A model generated the notes under the pieces. That model was not told where the DNA came from. It saw only the letters and a program-made list of their open reading frames with translations, and did no database searches. The position numbers were made by a program, and so were the translations under genes. Below, in pieces: positions 49,839-63,740 of a DNA stretch of 64,000 bases. Each line of letters starts with the position of its first letter. Position 1 is the stretch's first letter. Source of the stretch: Octopus vulgaris (lineage: Eukaryota); assembly GCA_951406725.2 (NCBI GenBank), contig OX597815.1, positions 190,030,001 through 190,094,000 of the forward strand, written 5' to 3'.

Positions 49839-50171
49839 AGGGCGTGTGGCTTAGTGGTTAGGGCATTCGGCTCATGATCGTAAGGTTGTGAGTTCAATTC
49901 CCGGCGACGCGTTGTGTCCTTGAGCAAGACACTTTATTTCACGTTGCTCCAGTCCACTCAGCTGGCAAAAATGAGTTGTACTTGTATTTCAAAGGGTCAG
50001 CCTTGTCACTCTCTGTGTCACGCTGATTATCTCCGAGAACTACGTTAAGGGTACACGTGTCTGTGGAATGCTCAGCCATTTGCACGTTAATTTCACGAGC
50101 AAGCTGTTCCGTTGATCGTATCAGCTGGGACCCTCATCGTCGTAACCGGCGGAGTCTTAAGAAGAAGAAGA

Positions 50172-50172
<1 letters not shown>
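49839..50172 (+). mobile_element. tRNA-derived SINE (family S4), full length
   Basis: GGCGTGTGGCTTAGTGGTTAGG..GAGTTCAATTCCC, CCTTGAGCAAGACACTT domain, (AAG)n tail. Confidence 0.88.
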
Positions 50173-50209
<37 letters not shown>

Positions 50210-50212
50210 GAT

Positions 50213-50592
50213 TGCTCTTTTACTTGTTTCAGTCATTTGACTGTGGCCATGCTGGAGCACCGCCTTTAGTCGAGCAAGTCGACCCCGGAACTTATTCTTT
50301 GTAAGCCCAGTACTTATTCTATCGGACTCTTTTGCCGAACCGCTAAGTGACGGGGACGTAAACTCACCATCACCGGTTGTCAAGCAATGCTAGGGGAACA
50401 AACACACACACATATATATACATATATACGACAGGCTTCTTTCAGTTTCCGTCTACCAAATCCACTCACAAGGCATTGGTCGGCCCAGGGCTATAGCAGA
50501 AGACACTTGCCCAAGATACCACGCAGTGGGACTGAACCCGGAACCATGTGGTTGGTTAGCAAGCTACTTACCACACAGCGACTCCTGCGCCC
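50213..50592 (-). mobile_element. S1 SINE
   Basis: Colinear with 761-1190. Confidence 0.9.
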
Positions 50593-51079
50593 TATATGAT
50601 TGTTATATTTTTTTGATAACAAATAGGTTAGATAGGATGATGTCTATATTACAATAACCAATAATATGTTATGCATGTGTAGTAATATTACAATTATGAA
50701 ATTAGCATTAGCTTATCTCACTCCTTCTCACAGAACCCTTAGGAAGCTTTTGCAAAATGCTATACCAGAATCTTCCTCATACATCTGCATGGAATTATTA
50801 TACAGTTTCTTAACTTCGTTCAGATGCACAAAATGGTTATGAAAATTCCCTGGCATGGCCCCTTCCTCTACCAGAAAGTTATTTAAAAGTAAGACTGTCA
50901 CACATATAATAGCACACTCAGAAACAAACAAAACAAGGTTTAAAATATCAGGTACAAGACACAATGTTAATGCAAAAATGAAACAAATGTAAAAGAAAAT
51001 TAATGTCAATTCCATTAAAAATGCCATTAATATGAACAATGCTTGTGTTTTTTTTATTTCATAGCAATGACAAAGTAAT

Positions 51080-51119
<40 letters not shown>

Positions 51120-51649
51120 GTGGAACCAAGCAAAATGAATACTTTGGGGAATGGGAATTTTGCATATGTTATCAGTGAAAGAAAGAAACCTGACAAACCC
51201 AAACCTGAAGAGAAAGCACAATGACCTGACAAAATTCTGTCAAATTCCAAAGCTTCTCTTGCCTAAATATCCAAGAATTGGCAAGGATGAAAGTTACGGA
51301 TTTGTGCATCCCCAAAAATGACTGAGGCTTTCAGTTGCTCTTGAAATAGCAGGGCAATTCTACTGTAAATGAGCAAAAGAAATAAGATTTATGGTTAAAG
51401 ATACGAATACAAATGTTTACCCCTGGTTCCCAACCGACTTTGCAGCATGCCACAGACAGTTAATGAGAGAAGTGGGGATTTGCAAATTGATGAATGATAG
51501 TCAGGTTTCTGCATTAACATCCAGGTCATGATGAATTCCTGAGACTCAGAAGTCTATCTCAGAGCTATACTCAGTAGAGTGATTGGAGAAAGGGTCAGTT
51601 TGACTTATGGTACAGGGCAGAAGAGCAGAAGACCCTAAAGGAAAAGTAA

Positions 51650-51732
51650 AAATAATAATAGTAATGATAATGATAATATTAATAGTAATAATAATAATAA
51701 TAGTAACAATAATAATTATAATAATAATAACA

Positions 51733-51821
<89 letters not shown>

Positions 51822-51852
51822 GATAATAATAATGATAATAATGATGATGATG

Positions 51853-51909
<57 letters not shown>

Positions 51910-52317
51910 GAAAAATGCTTTCTAATTGATGTATCAATACTGGCAGATGACAACGTGTCTCTAAAAGAAATGGAGAAACTCTCAAAATACAAAGACCTGG
52001 AAATAGAGGTAACCAGAATGTGGAATCTAAAAACAGAAACAATTCCTATCATAGTAGGTGCATTAGGCATGATAAAAAAATATTCAGACAAATACATAAC
52101 AAAAACACCAGGACTTACAAACACATATAACATACAGAAAATTGCACTACTAGGCACTGCATACATGCTATGCAGAACACTTTCCATACAGTAACCATCA
52201 GAGCAGCACAACAAATCACAGCACATACCTAAGACACACAGAGCTGCGCTCGGTAGTGAAGTGAAAGCACACTATAAAAATAAAACTACTGAATAATAAT
52301 GATAATAATAATAATAT
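51650..52317 (+). mobile_element. 5'-truncated R4/Dong family A copy (51905-52290) within a (TAA)n tract
   Basis: Near-identical to 88-473; (TAA)n on both sides. Confidence 0.9.
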
Positions 52318-52679
52318 TCATATCTTTAACCATGCATACAGTGCATAGTGAGAAACGTGTATATTTCTATCAATTTTGCTTATCACACTGATGGACCATT
52401 TTGTAGCATTAGTGCTATTTTATGCCCTCAATGTTTATAGCCAGAGTGAGGCAGCAAGCTGGTAGAAATATTAACATGCCGGGCAAAGTGCTTAGCAGTA
52501 TTTCGTCTGCCGTTCTGAGTTCAAATTCCGCTGAGATCGACTTTACGTTTCATCCTTTTGGGGTCGATAAATAAAGTACCAGTAACGCACTGGGGTCGAT
52601 GTTATCGTATTAATCCCTTTGTCTGTCCTTGTTTTCCCCCTCTATGTTTAGCCCCCTGTGGGCAATAAAGAAATGAAAT

Positions 52680-53574
52680 GAATGTATATAGCCAGAGTAC
52701 TGCTGATGTCAATCCTGATTTCAAATGAAGTTCGTTTTTTAGGATAAATCTGACCCTACAAAAGCATTCTTTCTCTGTTTTCTTGCACATTTGTGGATGG
52801 TAGATGCCATTCCTTTTGTACATGCTTAAATACTTGTAGTTTACTTTAGTATTTAATTTCTCAATTATGGTGGTCTTGTCTAACTGTATACTATAATTGA
52901 GAAAGTTTACCTTTAAGAATGTGATTTTAGCACATTTATCATCGCTAAATTGGTTTATTGTAGTTAAAAGCTTTTCTAATTGTTCATCACCTTTCACAAA
53001 AAGCTTTAGATCGTCCACGTAAAGGAGGTGATTGAATGAGTTATCGTATATTCTACATTCATGTCTTGTGTCATTTGACAGTTTATTTAGAGAAATGAGA
53101 GTCATACAATCACAGTACCTGCTGCTGAATTCAGTATTAGGATTGTCTTCCATAGCTTTTGTTAGAAAATTACCAAACACCAGAAAGATTTAATGGTTTT
53201 CCAAGCATTTCGTAATCAAGTAAGAGTAACAACTACCAATTTTCTTTTTTCTTTTCTAATCAATCCATACAACAGAAAAAAATTTGTGTCCGCTATAGTA
53301 GTCCTCAAGAGTAATTTTATAGATTAAAAGCTGGTCTTTACACCCATATACTCTCTCTCTTTACTCTTTTACTCTTTTACTTGTTTCAGTCATTTTACTG
53401 CGGCCATGCTAGAGCACCGCCTTTAATCGAGCAACTCGACCCTGGGACTTATTCTTTTTGTAAGCCCAGTACTTATTCTATCGGTCTCTTTTGCCGAACC
53501 GCTAAGTAACGGGGACATAAACACACCAGCATCGGTTGTCAAGCAATGCTAGGGGGACAAACACAGACACACAA

Positions 53575-53607
<33 letters not shown>

Positions 53608-54700
53608 CGACGGGCTTCTTTCAGTTTCCGTCTACCAAATCCACTCACAAGGCTTTGGTTGGCCCGAGGCTATAGTAGAAGACACTTGCCCAAGGTGCCA
53701 CGCAGTGGGACTGAACCCGGAACCACATGGTTGGTAAACAAGCTACTTACCACACAGCCACTCCTGGCCTAAATATAAGCCATATTTAGGCCTTTTTTGT
53801 TTGTTAGGGAATATTTTCAACCTGGAAGGTATATGTATATTCAGTAATGATGGATGTTAGTATTTTATACATGGTTATGAGACATATAATTGATCAGTAG
53901 TTTATGGGGTTATTAGATTCATCACTTTTAGTTTAGTTACTCCATTTACCAACAAGGGAGGGGTTTTCCTATTATTATACAAATGAATCAATCTTTCATG
54001 GGACTCAGGAAATCCACTCAACCAGAAGTTTGGGGTTTTATTTTTCCCACGTGATTTCCCCTAATTAATGGATTTTTCCACAGCACAATCCTCGCATCTT
54101 CAACAAAGATGTATTTCCCTATTTTTCTTTAATAAGCTCAGTGTTGCTGACTCACCAAGAAATCCAAGGAATATCACATGTCTTCTTTGAGATTCAACCA
54201 AATCGGTTTCCAAAACTTGCATAATTCCTTCTCAATTGGTGTAGTTTTAATGGTTATATCAGCTTTTGCCGTTTTTCTTTAGAAGCTTTTAGGATTCTTT
54301 CCGAACATGAAGTTTGATCTTTTCTTGAGGCTCCTTAAAAGTGCTAAGTTATTTTTTATAATTTGCTTGATTTTTTTTCAGTTACCTTATTGATTTCACT
54401 TAACTGTTTTATGCCATATTTTCTTTTCTGCTTTTTAGCTTTCACTGCCTTTGTATTTCTTTGCTTTTGATGTTCTAAAGTATTTCAATGTCGTTTATTT
54501 ATACATTAATTTTTTTAGTCTAATTCTCTCTTGCCATGACAGTTTCCTGTTTATACATTGTCTTTCTCTTTACTCAACTATCAGAGACCACAATGGTTAT
54601 AGAAGCCACAGCATAAAGTAAATTATTCAGTCAGGTATGGTCTACTTCTGTTTCATTCAAGATGGATTTCATAACTGCCTTTATATCACCATTTTGTTTT
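52680..54700 (-). mobile_element. Heavily decayed R4/Dong-like reverse transcriptase region, split by an S1 SINE
   Basis: Minus-strand pieces NPINY*SIICLITMYKILTSII (~53850-53915), YGCKDQLLIYK..VWID*K (~53250-53348) and NHLLYVDDLKLF..YKYL (ORF 52602-53180); the right boundary is uncertain. Confidence 0.7.
53351..53770 (-). mobile_element. S1 SINE
   Basis: Colinear with 761-1190. Confidence 0.9.
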
Positions 54701-55189
54701 GAGTTGCAAACCCTGTGATTTCTCAAATGAGTGTGTTCTACCTATTTCTTAACTACCCACAAGGAGCTAAACACAGAGAGGACAATCAAGGGCAGACAAA
54801 CAGATTAAGTCGATTATATCGACCCCAATGCGTAACTGGTACTTATTTAATCGACCCCGAAGGGATGAAAGGCAAAGTCGGAATTTGAACTCAGAACGTA
54901 GTGGCTGACGAAATACCAGGAAGCATTTCGCCCAGCGTGCTAACGTTTCTGTCAGCTGGCTACTGGGTGTGTTATACCTTCAACCAATCAGACCAAACTT
55001 TTGTCGTGAGATTGTAAAATTCTGTGTTTGTTTCTTCAACTATTATTATTAATCTCATTCACTTCAGCATCGCTGATTACTTCATTTAATACCTTGATTT
55101 GGGAACTCTTCATTCTAAGTTCCAGTTCTACAACGGAGGGATGTTTTGCATCATTAATTGCATTCTTGCATTTAACCCTGTACATATTC

Positions 55190-55378
55190 TTTTACTCTTT
55201 TACTTGTTTCAGTCATGTGACTGTGGCCATGCTGGAGCACTGCCTTTAGTCAAGCAAATCGACCCCAGGACTTATTCTTTGTAAGCCTAGTACTTATTCT
55301 ATCGAGCCCTTTTGTTGAACAGTTAAGTTACAGGGACGCAAGCACACCAGCAACGGTTGTCAAGCGATGTTGGGGGGA

Positions 55379-55435
<57 letters not shown>

Positions 55436-55586
55436 TTACAACAGGTTTCTTTTCAGTTTCCGTCTATCAAATCCAGGACTTATTCTTTGTAAGTCTAGTA
55501 CTTATTCTATCGGTCTCTTTTGCCGAACTGCTAAGTTACAGGGACGCAAGCACACAGCCATCGGTTGTCAAGCGATGTTGGGGGGA

Positions 55587-55636
<50 letters not shown>

Positions 55637-55773
55637 CATATATATGACAGGCTTCTTTCAGTTTCCGTCTACCAAATCCTCTCACAAGGCTATAGTAGAA
55701 GACACTTGCCTAAGGTGCCACGCAGTGGGACTGAACCCAGAACCATGTGGTTGGTAAGCAAGCTACTTACCAC
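55190..55773 (-). mobile_element. S1 SINE with an internal ~209-bp tandem duplication
   Basis: CCAGGACTTATTCTTTGTAAG at ~55265 and ~55473, each followed by the same body. Confidence 0.88.
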
Positions 55774-56972
55774 AATATATTTGAATTCGTTGGATATCCA
55801 TGTTAATCAACAGTTTATTCGTTATAATGTTTCTGCAAACATTAGCTCATTTATTGGTATATTTGATCTATTGATAGGTTTAAAATTGTCTAACATTAAC
55901 AAAGGCAAACTATTTGATTGATGTAATTAATAAACAATTTACTGATATTAGCAAACAATTTAATTAATAAAAGAAAATGCATTAATATAGTTAATAAACA
56001 ACTAATAAGAGAATAACAATTTGAATGATATAATTAGTTACCGAACATTATAATTAGATGAAGAAAATAAGAAAGCGATTGTAGTTCCTTTATATCCTAG
56101 TGCCACATAAAATCACCCAACAGACTCTGTAAAGTGGTTAGCATCAGGAAGAGCATCTAGCTTTAGAAATCATATCAAAATAGAAAACTGGAGCCCGGTG
56201 CAGCCTCCTGGCTTGCCAGCTTCTATCAAACCGTCCAACCCATGCCAGCATGGAAAAAAGACAGTAAATGAGGATAAAGATGATGATGTGGCTATAGACT
56301 AGTGTACAGGGTGACTTTAGCATGGAATTAGGTACTGCACATCAGTCTTATATCTGTGTGTGTGTGTGTGTGTGTGTGTGGTGTGTCTATGTTTGTCTCC
56401 AGCACTACCACCACTTGACAACCGGTGTTGGTGTGTTTATGTTCCCATAACTTAATTGTTCAGCAAAAGAGAGACTTGCTAGAATATGTACTGGGCTTAA
56501 AAAGTATTGGGTCAACTAAAAATTCATCAAGGTGATGCCCCAGCATGGCAGCAGTCTAATGACCAAAACCTGTAAAAGAATAAACGAGGAATAGCATTGT
56601 ATATGAATGAATGGGAGCTGTCACACAAGAGAAATCTAATGACTGACCAAACTTAAAAGATTATTACATACAATGCTTTAATTAGAAAAATACCCATTAT
56701 CTAAATGCTAATTTATTTGATTGATTAGATAACTTTGGTTATGTATGTGGCATAAATAGAGTAAATATTGGAGTTTGTGACAGACTTACGTTCAACCAAA
56801 AGACAGTCAAACATATTGATAAACCTGTTACTTATAAAGTGATTAAAAGTCAAAACATAGGAGCACAACACAGTAGATTGGTTGGTTGATAAGAACTTTA
56901 GTGTCTGTCCAAAGTCACTTTTATCTTATCTACTATCTATAACTAAACAGATTATTGCAGGCAATGACATGG

Positions 56973-57003
<31 letters not shown>

Positions 57004-58299
57004 CATCATCGTTTAACGTCCGCTTTCCATGCTAGCATGGGTTGGACGATTTTGACTGAGGACTGGCGAACAAGATGGCTGCACCAGGTTTCAATCTTGA
57101 TCTGGCAGAGTTTCTACAGCTGGATGCCCTTCCTAACACCAACCACTCCGAGAGTGCAGTGGGTGCTTTTTAGATGCCACCGGCACGGGGCCAGTCAGGC
57201 AGTACTGGCAACGACCATGCTCGAATCTTTTACACATGCCACCGGCACAGGTGCCAGTAAGGCGATGCTGGTAACGATTACGCTTGAATGGTGTCGTTTA
57301 TGTGCCACCGGCACGGAGGCCAGTTAGCCGCTCTGGCAATGATCATGCTCTGATGGTGCTCTTAATACCCTACTAACACGGGGCTCGAGTGCCAGTAGTG
57401 TGACGCTGGTAACAATCACACTCGAATGGTGCCTTTTAAGTGCCACTGGCCTGGAAGCTGGTTAGCCGCTCTGGCAATGATCACACTCGTATGGTGCTCT
57501 TTGCACCCTGCTAGCACGGATGCCAGTCATCGAATTTGATTTTGATTTCACTTACCTCAACAGGTCTTTGCAAGCAGAGTTTTAGTGTCCAAAGAAGGAA
57601 AAGGTATGCATAAGTGGGCTGGTTATGCCCCAGGCATAGGCCACGAGATTATGGTCTCATTTGGCTTGCCGGGTCTTCTTACGCACAGCATATTTAATAA
57701 TTCTTTCCAGAGATCTGAAGTACAACAGAGTTTAGCAGAATGTGTATTGCAGAATGCCTTGTTGACACACACTTCAATGTAGCAATATGACAAAAATCCT
57801 TCTGATTCATGAGATACGAGATGTATGGAGCCCAAAGTTAGTAACTTTGATTGGAGAGTCTCGTAACAAATATATTCAATGCTACAGGAAATAACTCTGC
57901 TTTTGTTGACAAATAGTTGAATCTGAATGTATGTCTAGTTTCTCTAGCATTAAGCAAATGAGAAACAATCTTTCCCTTGATAGGTTGACAGTTTATTGCA
58001 GGTTGTTTCTTATGAGAGGAGTTAATCTTAACACTGCAAGGCTACAAAAGAGCTGTCTGCCAATTTTATAGTGCTCTTCATAGCTATTTGGTAGTAACAA
58101 ATGGTGCAACACCATAGCATTTGATTCCAGTAGACTTGACAACTGAAGAATTAAGTATACCTAGATTAGGCAATGCTGCAGTTGTTAGAATTTCTAGTGG
58201 TTCACAAAAATCAAGGTAACCCACAAAAAGAATTCAGTATTATGCTATGCTAGGACACGAACTGACAAAACCCCAGCTGATCATCTACACAGACATATC

Positions 58300-58851
<552 letters not shown>

Positions 58852-59705
58852 CATTTACTTTTTTTTTCTTCTTTCAAATTTGCTTCCATTTCTTGCCGAG
58901 TGTCTTCCCGACTCCTAGGGCAAAGAAACTCATAGTATATATTGGTAGGCCATTAAACCAAACTCAGTAGTTCGTTCATTTTTTTTTTTTTTTTTTTTAA
59001 GTTAAATTAAAATACATGAGCAGCAACAGTTCTCACATCGACAATGCTCTTCTCAATACGTGTGATGTACCAGTTAAGATAATCTTTTGCACTTCTTGCA
59101 GGGATGGTAAGCCAGGATCATTCTCATATAATTTTCGGTTCCCTTCTTGATCATTCCTAGTGCTCCTACGATCACTGGTATTGTAACCGCCTTGAGATGC
59201 CACATTTTCTCAATTTCAATGAGTAGGTCTTTATATTTTCTGAGCTTGTCAAACTCTTTCGCTGAGATATTATGATCACAGGGGATGCTCATGTCGATCA
59301 ATAAGCAAACTTTATTGTTTTGGTCTTTCACAACAATATCTGGTTTATTGGCCTTGATGGTTCGGTCTGTATGTACTGGAAAGTCCCACAGAATGGTTAC
59401 ATTTTCTCCTTCAGTTACAGCCTCAGGGTGGTGATTATACCACTTGTCGGCAGTTTTGATATTGTAATGCCGACTTATTAGCCAGTGGAGATATTGGCCA
59501 ACTCTGTCATGTCTTAATTTATACTCCACTGGTGCTAAGACTTTACATCCAGAGATTAGGTGGCCCACTGTTTCAATCATGTCGTTGCAGAATCGGCATT
59601 TTGGGTCTGCTCCATTTTTCATCACATTGGCCTGGTAGTTCCGGGTTAATAGGCTTTGATCTTGAGCAGCCAGGATGAAACCTTCACTCTCTGCTTTTAG
59701 CCCTG
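58852..59705 (-). mobile_element. R4/Dong family B 3' fragment with CCHC knuckle and RLE domain
   Basis: AAQDQSLLTRNY..CRFCNDMIETVGHLISGC..RHDRV..ILWDFPVHTDRTIKANKPDIVV..KYKDL; (TAA)n on both sides. Confidence 0.93.
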
Positions 59706-59728
59706 TTATTATCATTATTATTATCATT

Positions 59729-59862
<134 letters not shown>

Positions 59863-59892
59863 CATTATTATTATTATCATTATTATTATTAT

Positions 59893-60420
59893 TGAGTGAG
59901 AGAGCAGTTCATGCCATCAAAGTGACACTGGGGTAAAATATACGAAGCCCAATATACCCATCATGACTACCCGTCTGATAAAGGTACACCAGGCACATGC
60001 ATCACAACCATATGTGCGCGACATGGTGATCTCATATCAAGATAAACAGCACATGACCTTGCAGGTGGGGCCCAATTTGAATTTTCTTCAGGTTGAGTAG
60101 CCCATCCCGCTCAAACGGTCCCCGAATAAGGGTTGTTTAAGGATGTTGAAAGAACCACCCATGTTTCCAGAGGTGAACTATTCAAACCCCAAAGCATCCC
60201 TCTCAACACATGGCTATGATGCTCCCCCACTACTTCTGCTCGTGATCAGAGATGCACATATCGTCAGCCACTAGGGGACATGCTCAACTGGTTAAGGTCA
60301 AACAACTGACAAGCAAATCTGTGGTATTGAGCAGAATATTTGCTGTAGCCCATCTTTTATACCAAGACAAATGGTATTGAGCAGAATATTTGCTGTAGCC
60401 CATCTTTTATACCAAGACAA
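59893..60420 (-). mobile_element. Non-coding (TAA)n-associated repeat, copy 2, with a 49-bp terminal tandem duplication
   Basis: (ATT)n on both sides; TGGTATTGAGCAG..ACCAAGACAA repeated at 60323-60370 and 60372-60420. Confidence 0.78.
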
Positions 60421-60473
<53 letters not shown>

Positions 60474-60487
60474 CATTATTATTATTA

Positions 60488-61340
60488 TTCAGTAGTTTTA
60501 TTTTTATAGCGTGCTTTCACTTCACTACCGAGCGCAGCTCTGTGTGCCTTGGGTATGTGCTGTGATTTGTTGTGATGCTCTGATGGTTATTGTATGGAAA
60601 GTGTTCTGCATAGGATGTGTGCAGTGCCTAGTAGTGCAATTTTCTGTATGTTATATGTGTTTGTAAGTCCTGGTGTTTTTGTTATGTATTTGTCTGAATC
60701 CAAGTCTATATCTCTATTATTTTCCTTCCATATTTTATATGTATGTGTTGTTGTATTTTCATTTTTTGGGTAGATCATTGCTGTGAAGTATGCGTGTAAG
60801 ATAGAAATGTATTCCTCACGTGTCCATTTACGTCTTTTGAGTTTATTTGCGGGACATGAGGTACAACGTCTGGCCCATTATTTTGACGGTCGTCATTTTC
60901 GTAGGGTACCGATCCGTTTATTTCTGTTGTCACATTATTTCGCACGTGTAGTTTTTCGTACATTTTTTGTTGTAAGTTTAATGTATGTACCGCTCGATTG
61001 TTATTCTTGGGTTGAATTGTATCGGTGGCATTTAATTTCTTCGTAGTTCCTTTGTACATGGTGTTTGAGGTCGGGGATGATCGTGATGTTCCATGCATGT
61101 TTACATGTGTTGTGTTAGAGGTGGAGATAATATCGAGTCAAAATACATCATTTCGTTTCGAAAATAGTAATAAATTTCAATTAGTATTACTTTCTCGGAT
61201 ACAGTCCAATTCTTTGTTAGTAAATCTTTGGCTCCATAGGGTGTCCTTGTTTTCGATGTTTGTGGATAGATTTCGGAGCTCTGTATTTTCCTTCTTACAT
61301 CTTAAACGTCCCCGGTGTTCTCCTCTTAAACGTCCCCATT
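60488..61340 (-). mobile_element. Internally deleted R4/Dong family A element (5' region fused to 3' end)
   Basis: 60488-60700 matches the family A 3' end; the upstream part encodes KRRKWTREEYISILHAYF; (TAA)n on both sides. Confidence 0.8.
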
Positions 61341-61693
<353 letters not shown>

Positions 61694-62229
61694 AAGGTGG
61701 TCAACTGGTAGAATGATTAGCACTTCAGATGAAACGCTTGCAGACATTTTCATCTGTCTTTATATTTGCAGTTCAAATTCTGCTGAGGTTGGCTTTTACC
61801 TTTTATCCTTTTGAGGTCAATAAAATAAATACTAGTTGAGTATTGGGGTCGATGTAATTGGCTATCCCCCCACCTGCCTACAGTAGAAAGGAATCATTAT
61901 TATTATTATTATTATTACTCATATTTATTAATATCCCTTGTGATACTGTAATACAGCATTAGGATCTGTTTTTGCCTGTAAACTTTTACCTTTAACATGT
62001 GAATGCCCCCACTCTCTCCATAATCTTTTCTTTCTCTTGTTTCTATAAATATTTCTCTTTCCCTATCTAAATCAGTTTCTTTCTCTCCATCTCTCTCCAT
62101 CTCCCCTCAGCATCCTCCTCTCTGCTATGTTTCCATCTCTGTTGCTTTTACTTCCTCGCTCTTTCTTCCCTCAGCATCCACATCTGCTGTTTAGCTGTAT
62201 TTCTCTCACAACCTCTTTATTACATCACC

Positions 62230-62239
<10 letters not shown>

Positions 62240-62277
<38 letters not shown>

Positions 62278-62880
62278 ACTTTCTCAAACTCTCTCTCTAT
62301 CTCTCTGATTCTCTCCATCCTCCCTCTCTCTCTCACTTCCTCAAACTCTCTCTCTTTCTCTCTGATTCTCTCCATCCTCCCTCTCTCTCTCTCTCACTTT
62401 CTCAAACTCTCTCTCTTTCTCTCTGATTCTCTCCGTCCTCCCTCTGTATCTCACTTCCTCAAACTCTCTCTCTATCTCTCTGATTCTCTCCATCCTCCCT
62501 CTCTCTCTCTCACTTCCTCAAACTCTCTCTCTATCTCTCTGATTCTCTCCATCCTCCCTCTCTCTCTCTCGCTTTCTCAAACTCTCTCTCTTTCTCTCTG
62601 ATTCTCTCCATCCTCGCTCTCTCTCTCACTTTCTCAAACTCTCTCTCTTTCTCTCTGATTCTCTCCATCCTCCCTCTCTCTCTCTCTCTCACTTTCTCAA
62701 ACTCTCTCTCTTTCTCTCTGATTCTCTCCATCCTCCCTCTCTCTCACTTTCTCAAACTCTTTCTCTTTCTCTCTGATTCTCTCCATCCTCCCTCTCTCTC
62801 TCTCACTTTCTCAAACTCTCTCTCTTTCTCTCTGATTCTCTCCGTCCTCCCTCTTTCTCTCTCCTTCTTTCTCTCTTCCA
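62240..62880. repeat. CT-rich minisatellite, ~57-61-bp unit, about 10 copies
   Basis: CTCACTTTCTCAAACTCTCTCTCTTTCTCTCTGATTCTCTCCATCCTCCC(TC)n repeated. Confidence 0.92.
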
Positions 62881-63299
62881 CTCACCTCAGTCTCTACAGA
62901 GATAGAGATTTACGGCTACGTTATACACAGGACATTTTAGATGTGATCATAATAAAAATGGAAGCTCTTGAGCCGACCATAATAATAGCTCATCACTCTC
63001 TTCTGTGAGGCTAAAACGAGGCAAGTTCAGTTAAGTTAATTAATTGCTGTTATTGTTGCTATCACTATTAATTATATTCATTAATATCACTTATTAGTAT
63101 CATATTTATAGTTTCTGTTATAGCTGCTGCATCGGTGTTGGGCATTGTTGGGTTGGTGAATGAAAATAGGTTTCTTGGATTGCATGAAGAAATAACTGAT
63201 TAACACCCATAAACATTTAGCACCGTGCTTCTCAACCATTTTATAACTATGGACAGCTTTGGTTCCTGTTTTATTCAAACATAAAATACTCCTAGCAAT

Positions 63300-63688
63300 G
63301 TGGAGGCGCAATGGCCCAGTGGTTAGGGCAGCGGACTCGCGGTCGTAGGATCGCGGTTTCGATTCCCAGACCGGGCGTTGTGAGTGTTTATTGAGCGAAA
63401 ACACCTAAAGCTCCACGAGGCTCCGGCAGGGGATGGTGGTGATCCCTGCTGTACTCTTTCACCACAACTTTCTCTCACTCTTACTTCCTGTTTCTGTTGT
63501 ACCTGTATTTCAAAGGGCCGGCCTTGTCACTCTCTGTGTCACGCTAAATATCCCGGAGAACTACGTTAAGGGTACACGTGTCTGTGGAGTGCTCAGCCAC
63601 TTACACGTTAATTTCACGAGCTGGCTGTTCCGTTGATCGGATCAACCGGAACCCTCGTCGTCGTAACCGACGGAGTGCTTCCACTTCC
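63300..63688 (+). mobile_element. Chimeric SINE: S3 head and body with S4 3' half
   Basis: 63300-63482 matches the 13769-14080 element; 63497-63677 matches 49975-50157; TSD ACTCCTAGCAAT / ACTCCAAGCAAT. Confidence 0.88.
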
Positions 63689-63740
63689 ACTCCAAGCAAT
63701 TCAATGTTTAAAAAAATCCCTTTATATTTTTATAACTAAA

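Noticed and set aside
53766-53792. 11-bp hairpin GGCCTAAATAT/ATATTTAGGCC at an S1 5' junction
   Set aside because: Too short and single; it could be chance or a minor insertion scar.
63300-63375. tRNA gene
   Set aside because: The tRNA-like segment is a SINE head continuous with a SINE body and enclosed by a TSD.
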